NCBI GenBank assembly: GCA_035716165.1
Contig: DASTKA010000867.1
Coordinates: 15,198 to 79,197 of the forward strand
Length of the DNA: 64,000 nucleotides
Direction: 5' to 3'
Source of the DNA: Mycobacterium sp.
GTDB lineage: Bacteria > Actinomycetota > Actinomycetes > Mycobacteriales > Mycobacteriaceae
Below are positions 18,120 to 27,213 of the stretch, one piece after another. Below the pieces are notes generated by a model. That model saw nothing but the letters and a program-made list of their open reading frames with translations. It did not search any database and was not told the origin of the DNA. The stretch's first letter is position 1; each line of letters opens with the position of its first letter. The translations under genes were made by a program, and so were the position numbers.

Positions 18120-18998
18120 ATGATCCACAACAGCAACACGACCACCTCCGACCTCACCGTCGAGATCGTCCGCTGCGCCAACGGCCACGACTTCACGGCG
18201 ATCATCATCAACGGCACGCGCATCACGAACTCCAAGTGCTGCGGCCGATGGACGACCGTGCGCAAGTTCAAGGTCCAGCGCGAGGTCATGGCGGAGGCGA
18301 TCGCAGAGGCGCCGGCGGAGAGGGCGGTGGGGGGCGTGATCCGATCTTTCACCAGCCGCCTCGTCCGCCACGGCGACTTCCCGTTCCCGGAATTCACCGG
18401 GCTCCGGGTCATGATGATGCCGGTCATCATCGGCAGACCTGACAGCCTGCCCGACCACTCGGAGGCCTGGCGCGCGGCGTTCGGCGTGATCTCCGTGCTG
18501 GCGCACGAGCACTACGGCTCGGTCGGCTACCTGACCGTTGACGAGGCTGAGGTTCCCGCCGGCGAGACGCATCGCCGTCCCGGAATGCACGTCGACGGCT
18601 ACGGAACCGACGCTCCAGCGCCATACGGCGGCGGTGGGCGCGGCTACGGCGGTGGCGATGACCTCGGCGGCGGAACCGGGATGCTCTGCGCGGCCACCTG
18701 CGCGCCGATGCGGGTGTGGACCGGAACGATCGCCGGATCGCCCGGCATCGACGGTAGCTGCGAGCACATGCGCGGCAAGCTCGGCGCCGGCGCTGTCCTG
18801 GAGCCGAACGTTGCCTACTGGTGCTCGCCGATGCTGGTGCACGAGGCGATGCCGATGTCCGAAACGGGCCGGCGGCAGTTCGTGCGCCTCTCGTTGCCGT
18901 CGAGCGCGCCATGGCACGAGGGCTACACGCCGAACCCGATGGCGCAGCCGACCGGGCCGATCTTGCCGGCGCGAGCCGAGATGGGGTACCGGCCATGA
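18120..18998 (+). CDS. 2OG-Fe(II) oxygenase-like protein, possibly two fused genes (internal GTG 18336)
   Basis: HRRPGMHVDG (HxD), LVHEAMP (distal H), RQFVRL (R). Confidence 0.65.
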   Translation: MIHNSNTTTSDLTVEIVRCANGHDFTAIIINGTRITNSKCCGRWTTVRKFKVQREVMAEAIAEAPAERAVGGVIRSFTSRLVRHGDFPFPEFTGLRVMMMPVIIGRPDSLPDHSEAWRAAFGVISVLAHEHYGSVGYLTVDEAEVPAGETHRRPGMHVDGYGTDAPAPYGGGGRGYGGGDDLGGGTGMLCAATCAPMRVWTGTIAGSPGIDGSCEHMRGKLGAGAVLEPNVAYWCSPMLVHEAMPMSETGRRQFVRLSLPSSAPWHEGYTPNPMAQPTGPILPARAEMGYRP

Positions 18999-19384
18999 CC
19001 ACCGACCCACGCCTGCTGAGCGCCGAGGATCTCAGCTACATCCGCAATGAGGTCGCCGCCAGCCGAACCACCACGAGCGGCGAGCTCGAGATCGAGCGCT
19101 GTCGACATCTGCTCTGTCATATCGACGCACTGGAGACCGAGCGTGCGCAGTCGCGCGCCGCGATCGCCAAAGTGTTCGCAGCCGTCGAGCGCGGCGACAT
19201 CGACCTCGTGCACGAGGACGGCTGCCCAGAGGACGACACGTGCGAGTGCCCGATCACGCGTGTGATGTTGGAGTTGCGGCTGTCCGGCGGGGACTCGAAG
19301 GCCGCGGCGCTGCTGGCGGAGTTCGATCGTGCCGCCAACCCGCTCTTCGAGATCGGCGGCACCAAGGAGCCGTGGCAGCCATGA
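18995..19384 (+). CDS. Hypothetical protein
   Basis: ATGA overlaps. Confidence 0.65.
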   Translation: MTTDPRLLSAEDLSYIRNEVAASRTTTSGELEIERCRHLLCHIDALETERAQSRAAIAKVFAAVERGDIDLVHEDGCPEDDTCECPITRVMLELRLSGGDSKAAALLAEFDRAANPLFEIGGTKEPWQP

Positions 19385-19779
19385 AGGTCTGCATCTTCAT
19401 CGTCGGCTCTCGTGTCCGCGATCGCAACTGGTCATCGCAATTCGGCGCAATCCGCACGATCGCGAAGAAGACCGCGCTGGTCGACTGGGATGGCCGCGAC
19501 AAGCCAGAGCGCGTGTACCTCGACAACCTGGTGCTCGAGACCGCCGAGGACGTGGCCAAACGCGAGGTCAAGGGGGCGTTCCAGTCCTGGAACAACGCCA
19601 GACCGCGGACCCAGTTCGTCGATGCGTTCTACTCCGGGCCAACGGTCTGGTACCGAGATCGTGAGTGCAACGCGGTCAAGACGCACGAACTCACATCTGC
19701 CGAGCAGATGTATCAGGCCGCGCGCGAGCTCGAGGAACTGGCCGCGTGGTGGGAGACGCGGCCGAAGGAAGACAAATGA
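19381..19779 (+). CDS. Hypothetical protein (SH3-like N-terminus possible)
   Basis: AAGGAG SD, ATGA overlaps. Confidence 0.65.
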   Translation: MKVCIFIVGSRVRDRNWSSQFGAIRTIAKKTALVDWDGRDKPERVYLDNLVLETAEDVAKREVKGAFQSWNNARPRTQFVDAFYSGPTVWYRDRECNAVKTHELTSAEQMYQAARELEELAAWWETRPKEDK

Positions 19780-19988
19780 GCAGAGACCCTGCCCGCATCG
19801 ACCGCATGTGCGATCTGTTGCGCCAGCTCTGGCACAAGCACCCGGACCAGCGTATGGGGCAGCTGGTCGCGAACGTGACCGACTTCAACGACTTCGCTCA
19901 GCTGTTCAACATCGAGGACGACATCACCGAGCGCAAGCTAACCGCCGCCATTGAAGGCGGGTTCGGGGCGGCATGGAGGACGAAGTGA
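19776..19988 (+). CDS. Small conserved phage protein (RDPxRI...WxxxPDxRxGQL)
   Basis: Widespread phage motif; coupled ORF. Confidence 0.75.
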   Translation: MSRDPARIDRMCDLLRQLWHKHPDQRMGQLVANVTDFNDFAQLFNIEDDITERKLTAAIEGGFGAAWRTK

Positions 19989-20188
19989 CAACCAAAGAGT
20001 ACATCGTCAAGCACACCGAGGATCCAGACTGCGAGATGTGGATCGTCGAAATCGCGCCAGGTTATGTCGGATTCTCGAGCGATAAGGCCAAGGCACAGCG
20101 TTTCAGCTGGCACCCGTCCGAGGTCGGTGATCGCCTTGCCATCATTCCCACTAGCTACAGGCTCGTTGCGGTTCCGGTGAAGGCGTGA
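19985..20188 (+). CDS. Hypothetical protein
   Basis: GGAGG SD, GTGA overlaps. Confidence 0.6.
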   Translation: MTTKEYIVKHTEDPDCEMWIVEIAPGYVGFSSDKAKAQRFSWHPSEVGDRLAIIPTSYRLVAVPVKA

Positions 20189-20568
20189 GGTGGCTGGTCG
20201 CGCTCGCGCTGGTCGCTGCCTGCGGCGACAACGTTCAGCCCCAGCCTGACGCCTCATCCGAGACCGTGCTCGCCGACGTGCATGCATGCTCGATCCGCTA
20301 CCTGACCCCGTTCAACTTCGACATGCTCGCCGAGCTTGAGGTGCAGTGCACATACCCAGGATGGGATCTGCACTGGGAATACACCGTCGACGATGCCGAA
20401 CTGCTCCAGATGCGCCAGCCGTGCGCGCCTCCTGGCGCTGACATCCGCATGGAGCTCCTCCGCGGCCGAAGACTTACCCAGCTGAGCGCGTGGCTCGAGA
20501 ACGACTCGCTGCAATTTCCGTTCGTGGACTGCCGCGGCGCAGTGAACGATGGGTGGACCAATGAGTGA
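20185..20568 (+). CDS. Putative lipoprotein
   Basis: MRWLVALALVAA-C-GDN lipobox. Confidence 0.7.
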   Translation: MRWLVALALVAACGDNVQPQPDASSETVLADVHACSIRYLTPFNFDMLAELEVQCTYPGWDLHWEYTVDDAELLQMRQPCAPPGADIRMELLRGRRLTQLSAWLENDSLQFPFVDCRGAVNDGWTNE

Positions 20569-21250
20569 CGCTAAGTACGACCCGGAGATCTGCGCGCGGC
20601 TTGCGAGGGAGGCGCGCGCGGATGATGCGGCGCTGCGTGCCACCGACCCCGAGTGCACGTGCAACGGCGCCGCTTGGTGCGAAGACCAGTGCCCAGCTTA
20701 CCCACGGATGATGGCGCACAAAGCGGCGAGCGAGCGGTACGAGGCGAATCTCCTGGCCACCGCTGACCACCTCGAGGCGGCGCAGGCGCGGATCGCGGAG
20801 CTGGAGAAGCGACTCGAGGATGAGGAGCGCGACTGTGGCGACCTCATCGACGAGCGCGAGTTTCGCGAGTCGCAGATCAACGCGATCGCCGACGTGCTCG
20901 GCGACGAAGGCGAGTGGAGCAACCTGCATGACCGCGGCGATGCGGCGCTGGAGTTGGCGGAGCAGATCGTGGCCGAGCGGGATGCCGCCAACGCCCGCAT
21001 CCTCCAGCTCGAGGAATCCGCCCGTGCTGCGGCCGAGAGCTGGATGGCCGCGTGCAGGGAGCGGGATGAGGCGAGGGCAGAGGTGGAGCGGCTGCGGATC
21101 ATCGCCAAGGCATACGCTGCCGCTGAGACCTCGTACCAAGACGATAGCGGTAACGCTGGGCCGCTCCACGAACGCATGGCTGCCTGCGATCGAGCGCTCG
21201 ACGCGTGGAGGGATGCGGCGCTGGATCTAGCCGCAGAGAGGAGCGAGTAG
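20561..21250 (+). CDS. Coiled-coil hypothetical protein
   Basis: A/E/R-rich helical sequence, overlapping start. Confidence 0.7.
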   Translation: MSDAKYDPEICARLAREARADDAALRATDPECTCNGAAWCEDQCPAYPRMMAHKAASERYEANLLATADHLEAAQARIAELEKRLEDEERDCGDLIDEREFRESQINAIADVLGDEGEWSNLHDRGDAALELAEQIVAERDAANARILQLEESARAAAESWMAACRERDEARAEVERLRIIAKAYAAAETSYQDDSGNAGPLHERMAACDRALDAWRDAALDLAAERSE

Positions 21251-21252
21251 CG

Positions 21253-21606
21253 ATGCCGTGGGATGACGACGGAGGTCGGCCCATCAACCCGGATGTCGGC
21301 ACTGCGGCTGCGATGACCGACCGCTGCCCCATATGCGACCGGCCGATCGCCACCGACGAGCAGTGGCGCGCTACGATGCCACCTAGGTCTGCAGCGCGAT
21401 CTGATCTTTGCTGGGACGGCTACGAGTGCCGCACCCACGCCGTGGACTGGCGAGCGCGGGCGATGAAGGCGGAGGCGGAGCTAGCCGCTGCCAGACTACA
21501 GCGCCGCGACATCACCAAGGCATGCTCCGAATGCGGGTCTCCGGCCGATGCGTTATGCATGGGCGTCACTGAATGCATGGTTACCGCAGGAGGCAATCGT
21601 GGCTGA
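21253..21606 (+). CDS. Cys-rich hypothetical protein
   Basis: GAGGAG SD; CPIC, CSEC; HAVDWRARA. Confidence 0.6.
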   Translation: MPWDDDGGRPINPDVGTAAAMTDRCPICDRPIATDEQWRATMPPRSAARSDLCWDGYECRTHAVDWRARAMKAEAELAAARLQRRDITKACSECGSPADALCMGVTECMVTAGGNRG

Positions 21607-22048
21607 GCCGATGACACCGGAGCGACTCGCGGAAATTGCGGCGAGGCACGAGCGCGCATGCGAAGTTGTCGAGGATCCAAGATCTCAGCGTGCTGCGATC
21701 ATCGTCGGTGGATCTGGTGTCTGCGAGACACTGATCGCTGTGCCGGAGCTGCTCGCCGAGGTCCGCCGCCTGCAGTCGGAATGCGAGCGTCACGAGAACG
21801 TCAGCGCAGCGCTTGCCGGATCGCATGCGGAATTGCGGGCTGAGCTTGAGCGCACTCAGCCCGTTCTCGATGCCGCCATCCACGCCCACGACACCGCGCA
21901 CGAGGAGTCGGTGCACGAGCTGCGACGCGAAGGCCCGTGCCGATGCCGGCTGTGCGTGGCCGTCAACGCCTACCGCAAGGCCGCGTTCGTGCTCGCGAAA
22001 CGCGGGCTCAGGGTGACGACCTGCCTGGGCGGAAGTTCTGGGCGGTGA
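21599..22048 (+). CDS. Hypothetical protein
   Basis: AGGAGG SD; MTPERLAEI...VPELLAEVRRL phage motif. Confidence 0.65.
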   Translation: MAEPMTPERLAEIAARHERACEVVEDPRSQRAAIIVGGSGVCETLIAVPELLAEVRRLQSECERHENVSAALAGSHAELRAELERTQPVLDAAIHAHDTAHEESVHELRREGPCRCRLCVAVNAYRKAAFVLAKRGLRVTTCLGGSSGR

Positions 22049-22373
22049 CGATTCTCGTACGCCGCCCGTAGCTCGCGTCGCCTCGACAGCATGGACAACT
22101 GGCAGCGCCGCGTGTGGCGACGGATCGATCGTGATCGCTCGTGGTGGCGCCGGCTGTGGCGATGGCTGACCCGCACCCGATCCCGCCGCCGCTGACCTGC
22201 ACCCGCTCTGCGCGCCGTACCGATACCGCCGTCACACATCGTTCCACATCCGCACTCCCGGTATTCGCCATGACGCAGTTCATCACCGCTATCAGCTACC
22301 CAGCCGTTACCCGGTGATCTTCGCGTCTACCCTTCCATGTATCGCCCTCACTCAGGTGTAGCGTAGCGAGACG

Positions 22374-25300
22374 GTGGTGGCGGATCTCGATTCTCTGGCA
22401 GGTCGTACCCTGGGCGCGTTCGTCCTCGGCGCTCGTCTCGACGAAGGCGGTTTCGGCGCGGTGTACGCCGCGCGGCAGCCGCTCCTCGATCGGGATGTCG
22501 TCGTCAAGGTGATCGAGCCGCGCGACGCCGACGACGTGAGCGCGCTCGAGCGGTTTCGTCGGGAGGCGCTGCTCGCTGCCCGGCTCGAGCACCACTACGC
22601 CGCCCGCGTCTACGACGCCGGCATCGACGGGCAGCTCCTCTGGATCGCGATGGAGCGGATCCGCGGCGTCACCCTCGCCGATCACCTCGCCAAGCATGGT
22701 CGGATGCTGCTCGATCAGTTCGTGCCGCTTTTCGAGCGAATCGCCGAGGCCGTCCATGCCGCGCACGCGCTGGGGATCGTCCATCGCGATCTAAAGCCGG
22801 CCAACATCATGGTCATCGATACCCCGCGGGGCCTCGTGCCGAAGCTCCTCGATCTGGGGATTGCCAAGCTGGCAGGCGATGCCGCCCCGGACTGGCCGGC
22901 AGGATCTGGCACCGGCCACAGCAACTCCCGGCTCACGCCGGCCGGATTCACAATCGGCTCACCGCCATACATGGCGCCTGAGCAGTGGAGCGATCCATCG
23001 GCTGTCGGGCCTGAGGCCGATCTGTACGCGCTCGGCGTCATCGCCTACGAGGCGCTGACCGGGCATCCGCCGTACGACGTCGACACGCCCGAGGCGCTGG
23101 CGACGTTGCATCTCCACGCTCCGATCCCGCGGGTTGGGGATCCAGGCGTCGATCGCGTCATCGCGCGGGCGCTGGCGAAGCGTGCCGCGGACCGCTGGCG
23201 ATCGGCGCTTGACATGGCCGCCGCGCTTCGCGGGGAAATCGATGCCCATCTCGCCGGCCGGCTCCGCACCGCGGCTCAGCAGTGGAACGGCCGCGGGCGC
23301 ACGCGGGCGATGCTGTGGCGTGACGAGGTTCTCGCCGAGGCCGAGCTGTGGGCCGAGCGCAGCGGACGCGCGGTGCTGTCGGTCGTCGAGATCGAGTTCC
23401 TGGACGCGAGCCGCGGGGCGGCAGACGACGCCGCCGAGAGTGCCGCCAGCCGCCGGCGCTGGTTCCGCCGACTGGCGATCGCGGTCGGGGTGACGGTCGT
23501 AGTTGGCGCCGCGGCGATCCAGCATTCCCGTACTCAGCTGCGCGCCGACGCGCTCGAGGAAGAGGCTCAGCTGGCCCAGCAGTACGCCGCGCAGGTCGCG
23601 CGGGCGGCTGAACTCGAGCAGGGGCGGCAGGCGCTGCTGCATGGCGAACTCGCCGACGCCCGCCAGCACCTCGGGGCGGCGTGGCGGGCCGGCGATCGAT
23701 CGCCGGGGACTGCGTTCATGCTTGGGCGCGCGCGCCAACCGCTGGCGGCGGAGCGAGCGCGGCTCGCGGCCACGAGCGGCCGGGCATGGTTGGCGGCGTA
23801 CTCGCCGGACGGGCGGCGGCTGGCCACCACCGACGACGCTGGCGCCGAGATCTGGGACGCGGCGACACACGGGCTGCAGGTCAGGATCCGTAGCGATCAT
23901 CCGGTGTTCGCCGCGGCGTGGCTGGGGGGCGAGCGACTCGCGACCGTCTCGAGCGACGCGGTGCGGGTCTGGGACGCGACCACCGGCGCGTCCGTGCGCC
24001 AGATGGCCGCGCCTCGCCTCGACGGTCGCGCGCTCGCCTACTACCGGCTTGCGGTGTCCGGTGACCGAATTGCGGCACTCGACGGCGACGGCGACGAGGT
24101 CCACATCTGGTCGGTGGCGACCGGGACAGTGCTTGCGCGGCTGCCCCTTGGCCCCGGCCAGAGCTACCCGGCGATCGCATTCAGCGCCGACGGCCGCTGG
24201 CTCGCTGCGACAGGCGGCACCGACGCGCAGATCTGGTCGACGTCGAGCTGGCGGCTCGCGCAGATACTGCGCGCGGACCGCATCCGCGGCTTCGCCTGGT
24301 CGCCGGGGGTTCCGCGGCTGGCGCTGGGGACCGCCGACGGGATGCTCGAGGTCGTCGAGCCGGCCGGGCCGGCGCGAGTGCTGCGCTACGCCGGCGACGG
24401 TGTCAGCGCGCTTGCGTGGTCACCCGACGGCACCCGGATCGCCATCGGCTTCGACGACGGCGCCGAGCATGTCCTCGACGCCGCGACAGGTCGGGTCACC
24501 GCGCGCGCCCGGTATCTCGCAGGCGCCGTGGCGCCGATCGTCTGGCGTCCCGACGGCGAGGCGATCGCCGCATCGACGCCTATCGGGGCGATCGCGGTCG
24601 CCACCGCTGATCTCGGTCTACCGATAGCGGTGATCGATGGCGCCGCGGCGCCGCGCCGCATCACGTGGCGGCCGGACGGCGGCGAGCTTGCCGTTGCGAC
24701 GACCGATGGGCAGACCCGGCTCTGGGATCCTGGCGCGCCCTACCTGCGCTGGCGCACCGCGGCTGCAGCGCCCGACGGTTGCGGGATCCTTGGCGGCGCC
24801 GCGCCTGATGGTCGCATCGTCGCCGTACCGTGCCGCGGTGCGCCGACGCGGGTCTACGACACGACCACAGGCGCGCTGCTCGCCGAACTTCCCGCGGCTG
24901 AGCCTCTGACCGGCGACGTCGCGCTCGCGCTGCCGGTGGTTTCCGCCACAGGCGACCGGGCGGCGATCGCGCGCGGCGCTGCGGCCGAGGTCTACGATCT
25001 GCCCGGCGGCCGACGGCTGGCGGCGCAGACGCACGCCGCGCCGGTGACTGCACTGGCCTTCGCCGGCGGAGATCTCGCGAGCGGCGACGCCGCGGGCGGG
25101 CTCATGCTCGGCGATCGCCCGCTGCCGCCGAGCCGCGCTGCCGTGGACGCGATCGGCGTCACCGCCGACGGCCGGATCGTGGTCGTCGACGCGGAGCGGC
25201 GCCTGCGTATCCTCGCCGCCGATGGCGCGCCGATCGCCGACCTCGAGATGCCGGTGCGCGCCCGCGCTTTGCGGTTCTCGGCCGACGGCCGGCGTATCGT

Positions 25301-25772
25301 GTCCGTGGCCGCGCGCGCCGCGGCGCCGGCGCCGCCGACACTCTGGGCACTGGATCCACCGCGGATCATGGCCACGCTCGGCGCGCAGCCCGGCGAGGTA
25401 ATCGGCGTGCGCTTCACCGCGCGCGGCGTTCTTACCTCCGGCGCCAACGGCGCGATCCAGCTCTGGGACGCAGAGCACGGCCGGCCGTTGCAGGCGTACC
25501 CCGGTGCGCGCCGCCTGCTCGACGCCGACGCCGCTGGCGATCTGGTGATCGGTGCGTCGGACGACGGCTCGGTGCGATTCTGGGACGCGAGCTCCGCGCG
25601 CCTACTCTGGACGCTACCGACGCACACGGCCGCCGTTGTCGGAGTGCGTCTAGACGGTAACTCGCTGATCACGCGAGGTTTCTCCGGTGACGTCGCACGC
25701 TGGACGTGGCCGCGAGCGTGCGGTGAGACGGGTGTCCCGGGACAGGTCAGCTGCGATACGGTGCAACCATGA
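22374..25772 (+). CDS. Hanks-type Ser/Thr protein kinase - TM - WD40 beta-propeller receptor
   Basis: GGFGAVY, VVVK, HRDLKPAN, DLG, GSPPYMAPE, DLYALG; TM LAIAVGVTVVVGAAAI; many (W/F/Y)SPDG...WD repeats. Confidence 0.93.
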   Translation: MVADLDSLAGRTLGAFVLGARLDEGGFGAVYAARQPLLDRDVVVKVIEPRDADDVSALERFRREALLAARLEHHYAARVYDAGIDGQLLWIAMERIRGVTLADHLAKHGRMLLDQFVPLFERIAEAVHAAHALGIVHRDLKPANIMVIDTPRGLVPKLLDLGIAKLAGDAAPDWPAGSGTGHSNSRLTPAGFTIGSPPYMAPEQWSDPSAVGPEADLYALGVIAYEALTGHPPYDVDTPEALATLHLHAPIPRVGDPGVDRVIARALAKRAADRWRSALDMAAALRGEIDAHLAGRLRTAAQQWNGRGRTRAMLWRDEVLAEAELWAERSGRAVLSVVEIEFLDASRGAADDAAESAASRRRWFRRLAIAVGVTVVVGAAAIQHSRTQLRADALEEEAQLAQQYAAQVARAAELEQGRQALLHGELADARQHLGAAWRAGDRSPGTAFMLGRARQPLAAERARLAATSGRAWLAAYSPDGRRLATTDDAGAEIWDAATHGLQVRIRSDHPVFAAAWLGGERLATVSSDAVRVWDATTGASVRQMAAPRLDGRALAYYRLAVSGDRIAALDGDGDEVHIWSVATGTVLARLPLGPGQSYPAIAFSADGRWLAATGGTDAQIWSTSSWRLAQILRADRIRGFAWSPGVPRLALGTADGMLEVVEPAGPARVLRYAGDGVSALAWSPDGTRIAIGFDDGAEHVLDAATGRVTARARYLAGAVAPIVWRPDGEAIAASTPIGAIAVATADLGLPIAVIDGAAAPRRITWRPDGGELAVATTDGQTRLWDPGAPYLRWRTAAAAPDGCGILGGAAPDGRIVAVPCRGAPTRVYDTTTGALLAELPAAEPLTGDVALALPVVSATGDRAAIARGAAAEVYDLPGGRRLAAQTHAAPVTALAFAGGDLASGDAAGGLMLGDRPLPPSRAAVDAIGVTADGRIVVVDAERRLRILAADGAPIADLEMPVRARALRFSADGRRIVSVAARAAAPAPPTLWALDPPRIMATLGAQPGEVIGVRFTARGVLTSGANGAIQLWDAEHGRPLQAYPGARRLLDADAAGDLVIGASDDGSVRFWDASSARLLWTLPTHTAAVVGVRLDGNSLITRGFSGDVARWTWPRACGETGVPGQVSCDTVQP

Positions 25773-25933
25773 GGAAATCCACGAAGCTGAAATTGCGTCC
25801 CGATACGCTGCGTTTGCTCGCCGGGGTGGAACTCCGCGGCGTGGCCGGCGGCGATGGCCCCGAGAGCGGCACCCAGCAGTGCAACTGCCCGGCTCCGCTG
25901 GCGGTCGCGGTGACTCAGACCTGCGGCGGGTGA
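25769..25933 (+). CDS. 54-aa double-glycine-leader peptide precursor (not in ORF track)
   Basis: MRKSTKLKLRPDTLRLLAGVELRGVAGG|DGPESGTQQCNCPAPLAVAVTQTCGG; ATG overlaps kinase TGA. Confidence 0.8.
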   Translation: MRKSTKLKLRPDTLRLLAGVELRGVAGGDGPESGTQQCNCPAPLAVAVTQTCGG

Positions 25934-26245
25934 TCGATCGGCGTCGGGATCCGATAGTACGCCGGACGTCGCTGCCACCAGGCCGCCGCGCCGGCGGTGC
26001 AGGCGATCGCCAGCTCCTCGAGTAGCCGCGGATCGCGGGTGAGTTGCCGAACCTTATCGCGCGAGCTCTGCCGCCTTGCCGGTGTGATCGGGCCACGCCT
26101 CGCGGGCGCGCAGTGCGCCGCGGCAGATCCGCTCGGCCCAGCACTGCCCGATCACGTCGGCCTGGCCGCGCTTGATCAGCCGATCTCGGCCGTAGCAGCT
26201 ATCGCACAGGTTGTCTTCGGGGCAGCAGACGAACGGGCCGAGCAC
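25915..26245 (-). pseudogene. Frameshifted hypothetical gene
   Basis: TAATCT-N6-GTG start; ...KAAELAR stops at TAA 26054-26056, and the +1 frame continues KVRQLTRDPRLLEELAIAC...WWQRR to TGA 25915. Confidence 0.5.
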
Positions 26246-26391
26246 ACCGAGAGATTACTGGAGGAGTTCAGGAGCGCCGAGCAGTGGTAATTTTTCGGCG
26301 TGTCAGCGCAGCCACAACCGCGCAGCCGTCGACGATATCTGCGCTCCGGTACTGCGCTTTCTGCGTCAGCGCCACCGGGAATCTTTCGCCG

Positions 26392-27213
26392 CTATGCCGC
26401 GGCGGGCACGTCGCGCCAGCGCGCGAACCCGCACCGCCGCGCCGCCGCGAGTGACGCTGGACCCACGAGGCCGTCGACGGTCAGCGCTTCGCCGCGCGCG
26501 ACCAGGGTTATCTGCCGAGCGTGGCCGATCTCGAGGTCCTCGCCGCCGGCGTAGTCCACGCCCTCGAAGCCGAGCGCGGCGAGCGCTGTCCAGATCGCGT
26601 CTCCCGGATCGCCGCGGCCACGCTGGCTCGTATTGTCGCGATGCCCCAGGACTCCGACGACGTCCGGACCGCCGGTGTTGATGCGCCGGCCGTTCTGGAC
26701 GACTTCCATTCGCGCGAGCGGCGCGCCGCGGTACGGCCCGCGCGGCATCTGCTCGGGGATACCGATGGCGTCACAGATGGCCGCGACGAGGCGCGCGCAC
26801 GCGTCGATCGTCGCTTGGTAAACGACGCCGTCGCGCTGCTGCACCATCTCGATCCCAACGCTCCACGGGTTCGAACCCTCAGCGTGGTACGCGGTCGTCG
26901 TAGCCAGGTCGGCGAGGCACGCGACGGTTCCTGCGCTGTCGACGACGAGGTGCGCCGCGCTGTGCGCTGGATCCGTCTGCCAGATATCCGCGTAGCGCGG
27001 ACACTCGCCGCCCGGTCCGGCGCCGGGCGTGATCGGCATCGGCCAGTCTCCGCCGGTGGAGTGGACGATCACCTGCCGCACCCAGGCGTGCCGCGAGGTG
27101 CAGTCGCCGCGATCGAGCCGTGCCCACGCCGGGCCGCCGGCGGAGGCGGCCGGGATCACAGCGAGGCCGGGGACTGGGACGAGTCGGCCGGCGACGAGGA
27201 TGCCGCCGCTCAC
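26392..27213 (-). CDS. Endolysin, N-acetylmuramoyl-L-alanine amidase with PG-binding C-terminus
   Basis: VIVHST, SAAHLVVD, AYHA...N..SVGIE, GHRD...DPG; LTVDGLVGPAS. Confidence 0.9.
   Translation of the reverse strand: MSGGILVAGRLVPVPGLAVIPAASAGGPAWARLDRGDCTSRHAWVRQVIVHSTGGDWPMPITPGAGPGGECPRYADIWQTDPAHSAAHLVVDSAGTVACLADLATTTAYHAEGSNPWSVGIEMVQQRDGVVYQATIDACARLVAAICDAIGIPEQMPRGPYRGAPLARMEVVQNGRRINTGGPDVVGVLGHRDNTSQRGRGDPGDAIWTALAALGFEGVDYAGGEDLEIGHARQITLVARGEALTVDGLVGPASLAAARRCGFARWRDVPAAA

Noticed and set aside
22374-25772. Kinase gene as host chromosome marking a prophage boundary
   Set aside because: It is flanked by phage early genes on one side and the lysis cassette on the other, so it is cargo within the phage.
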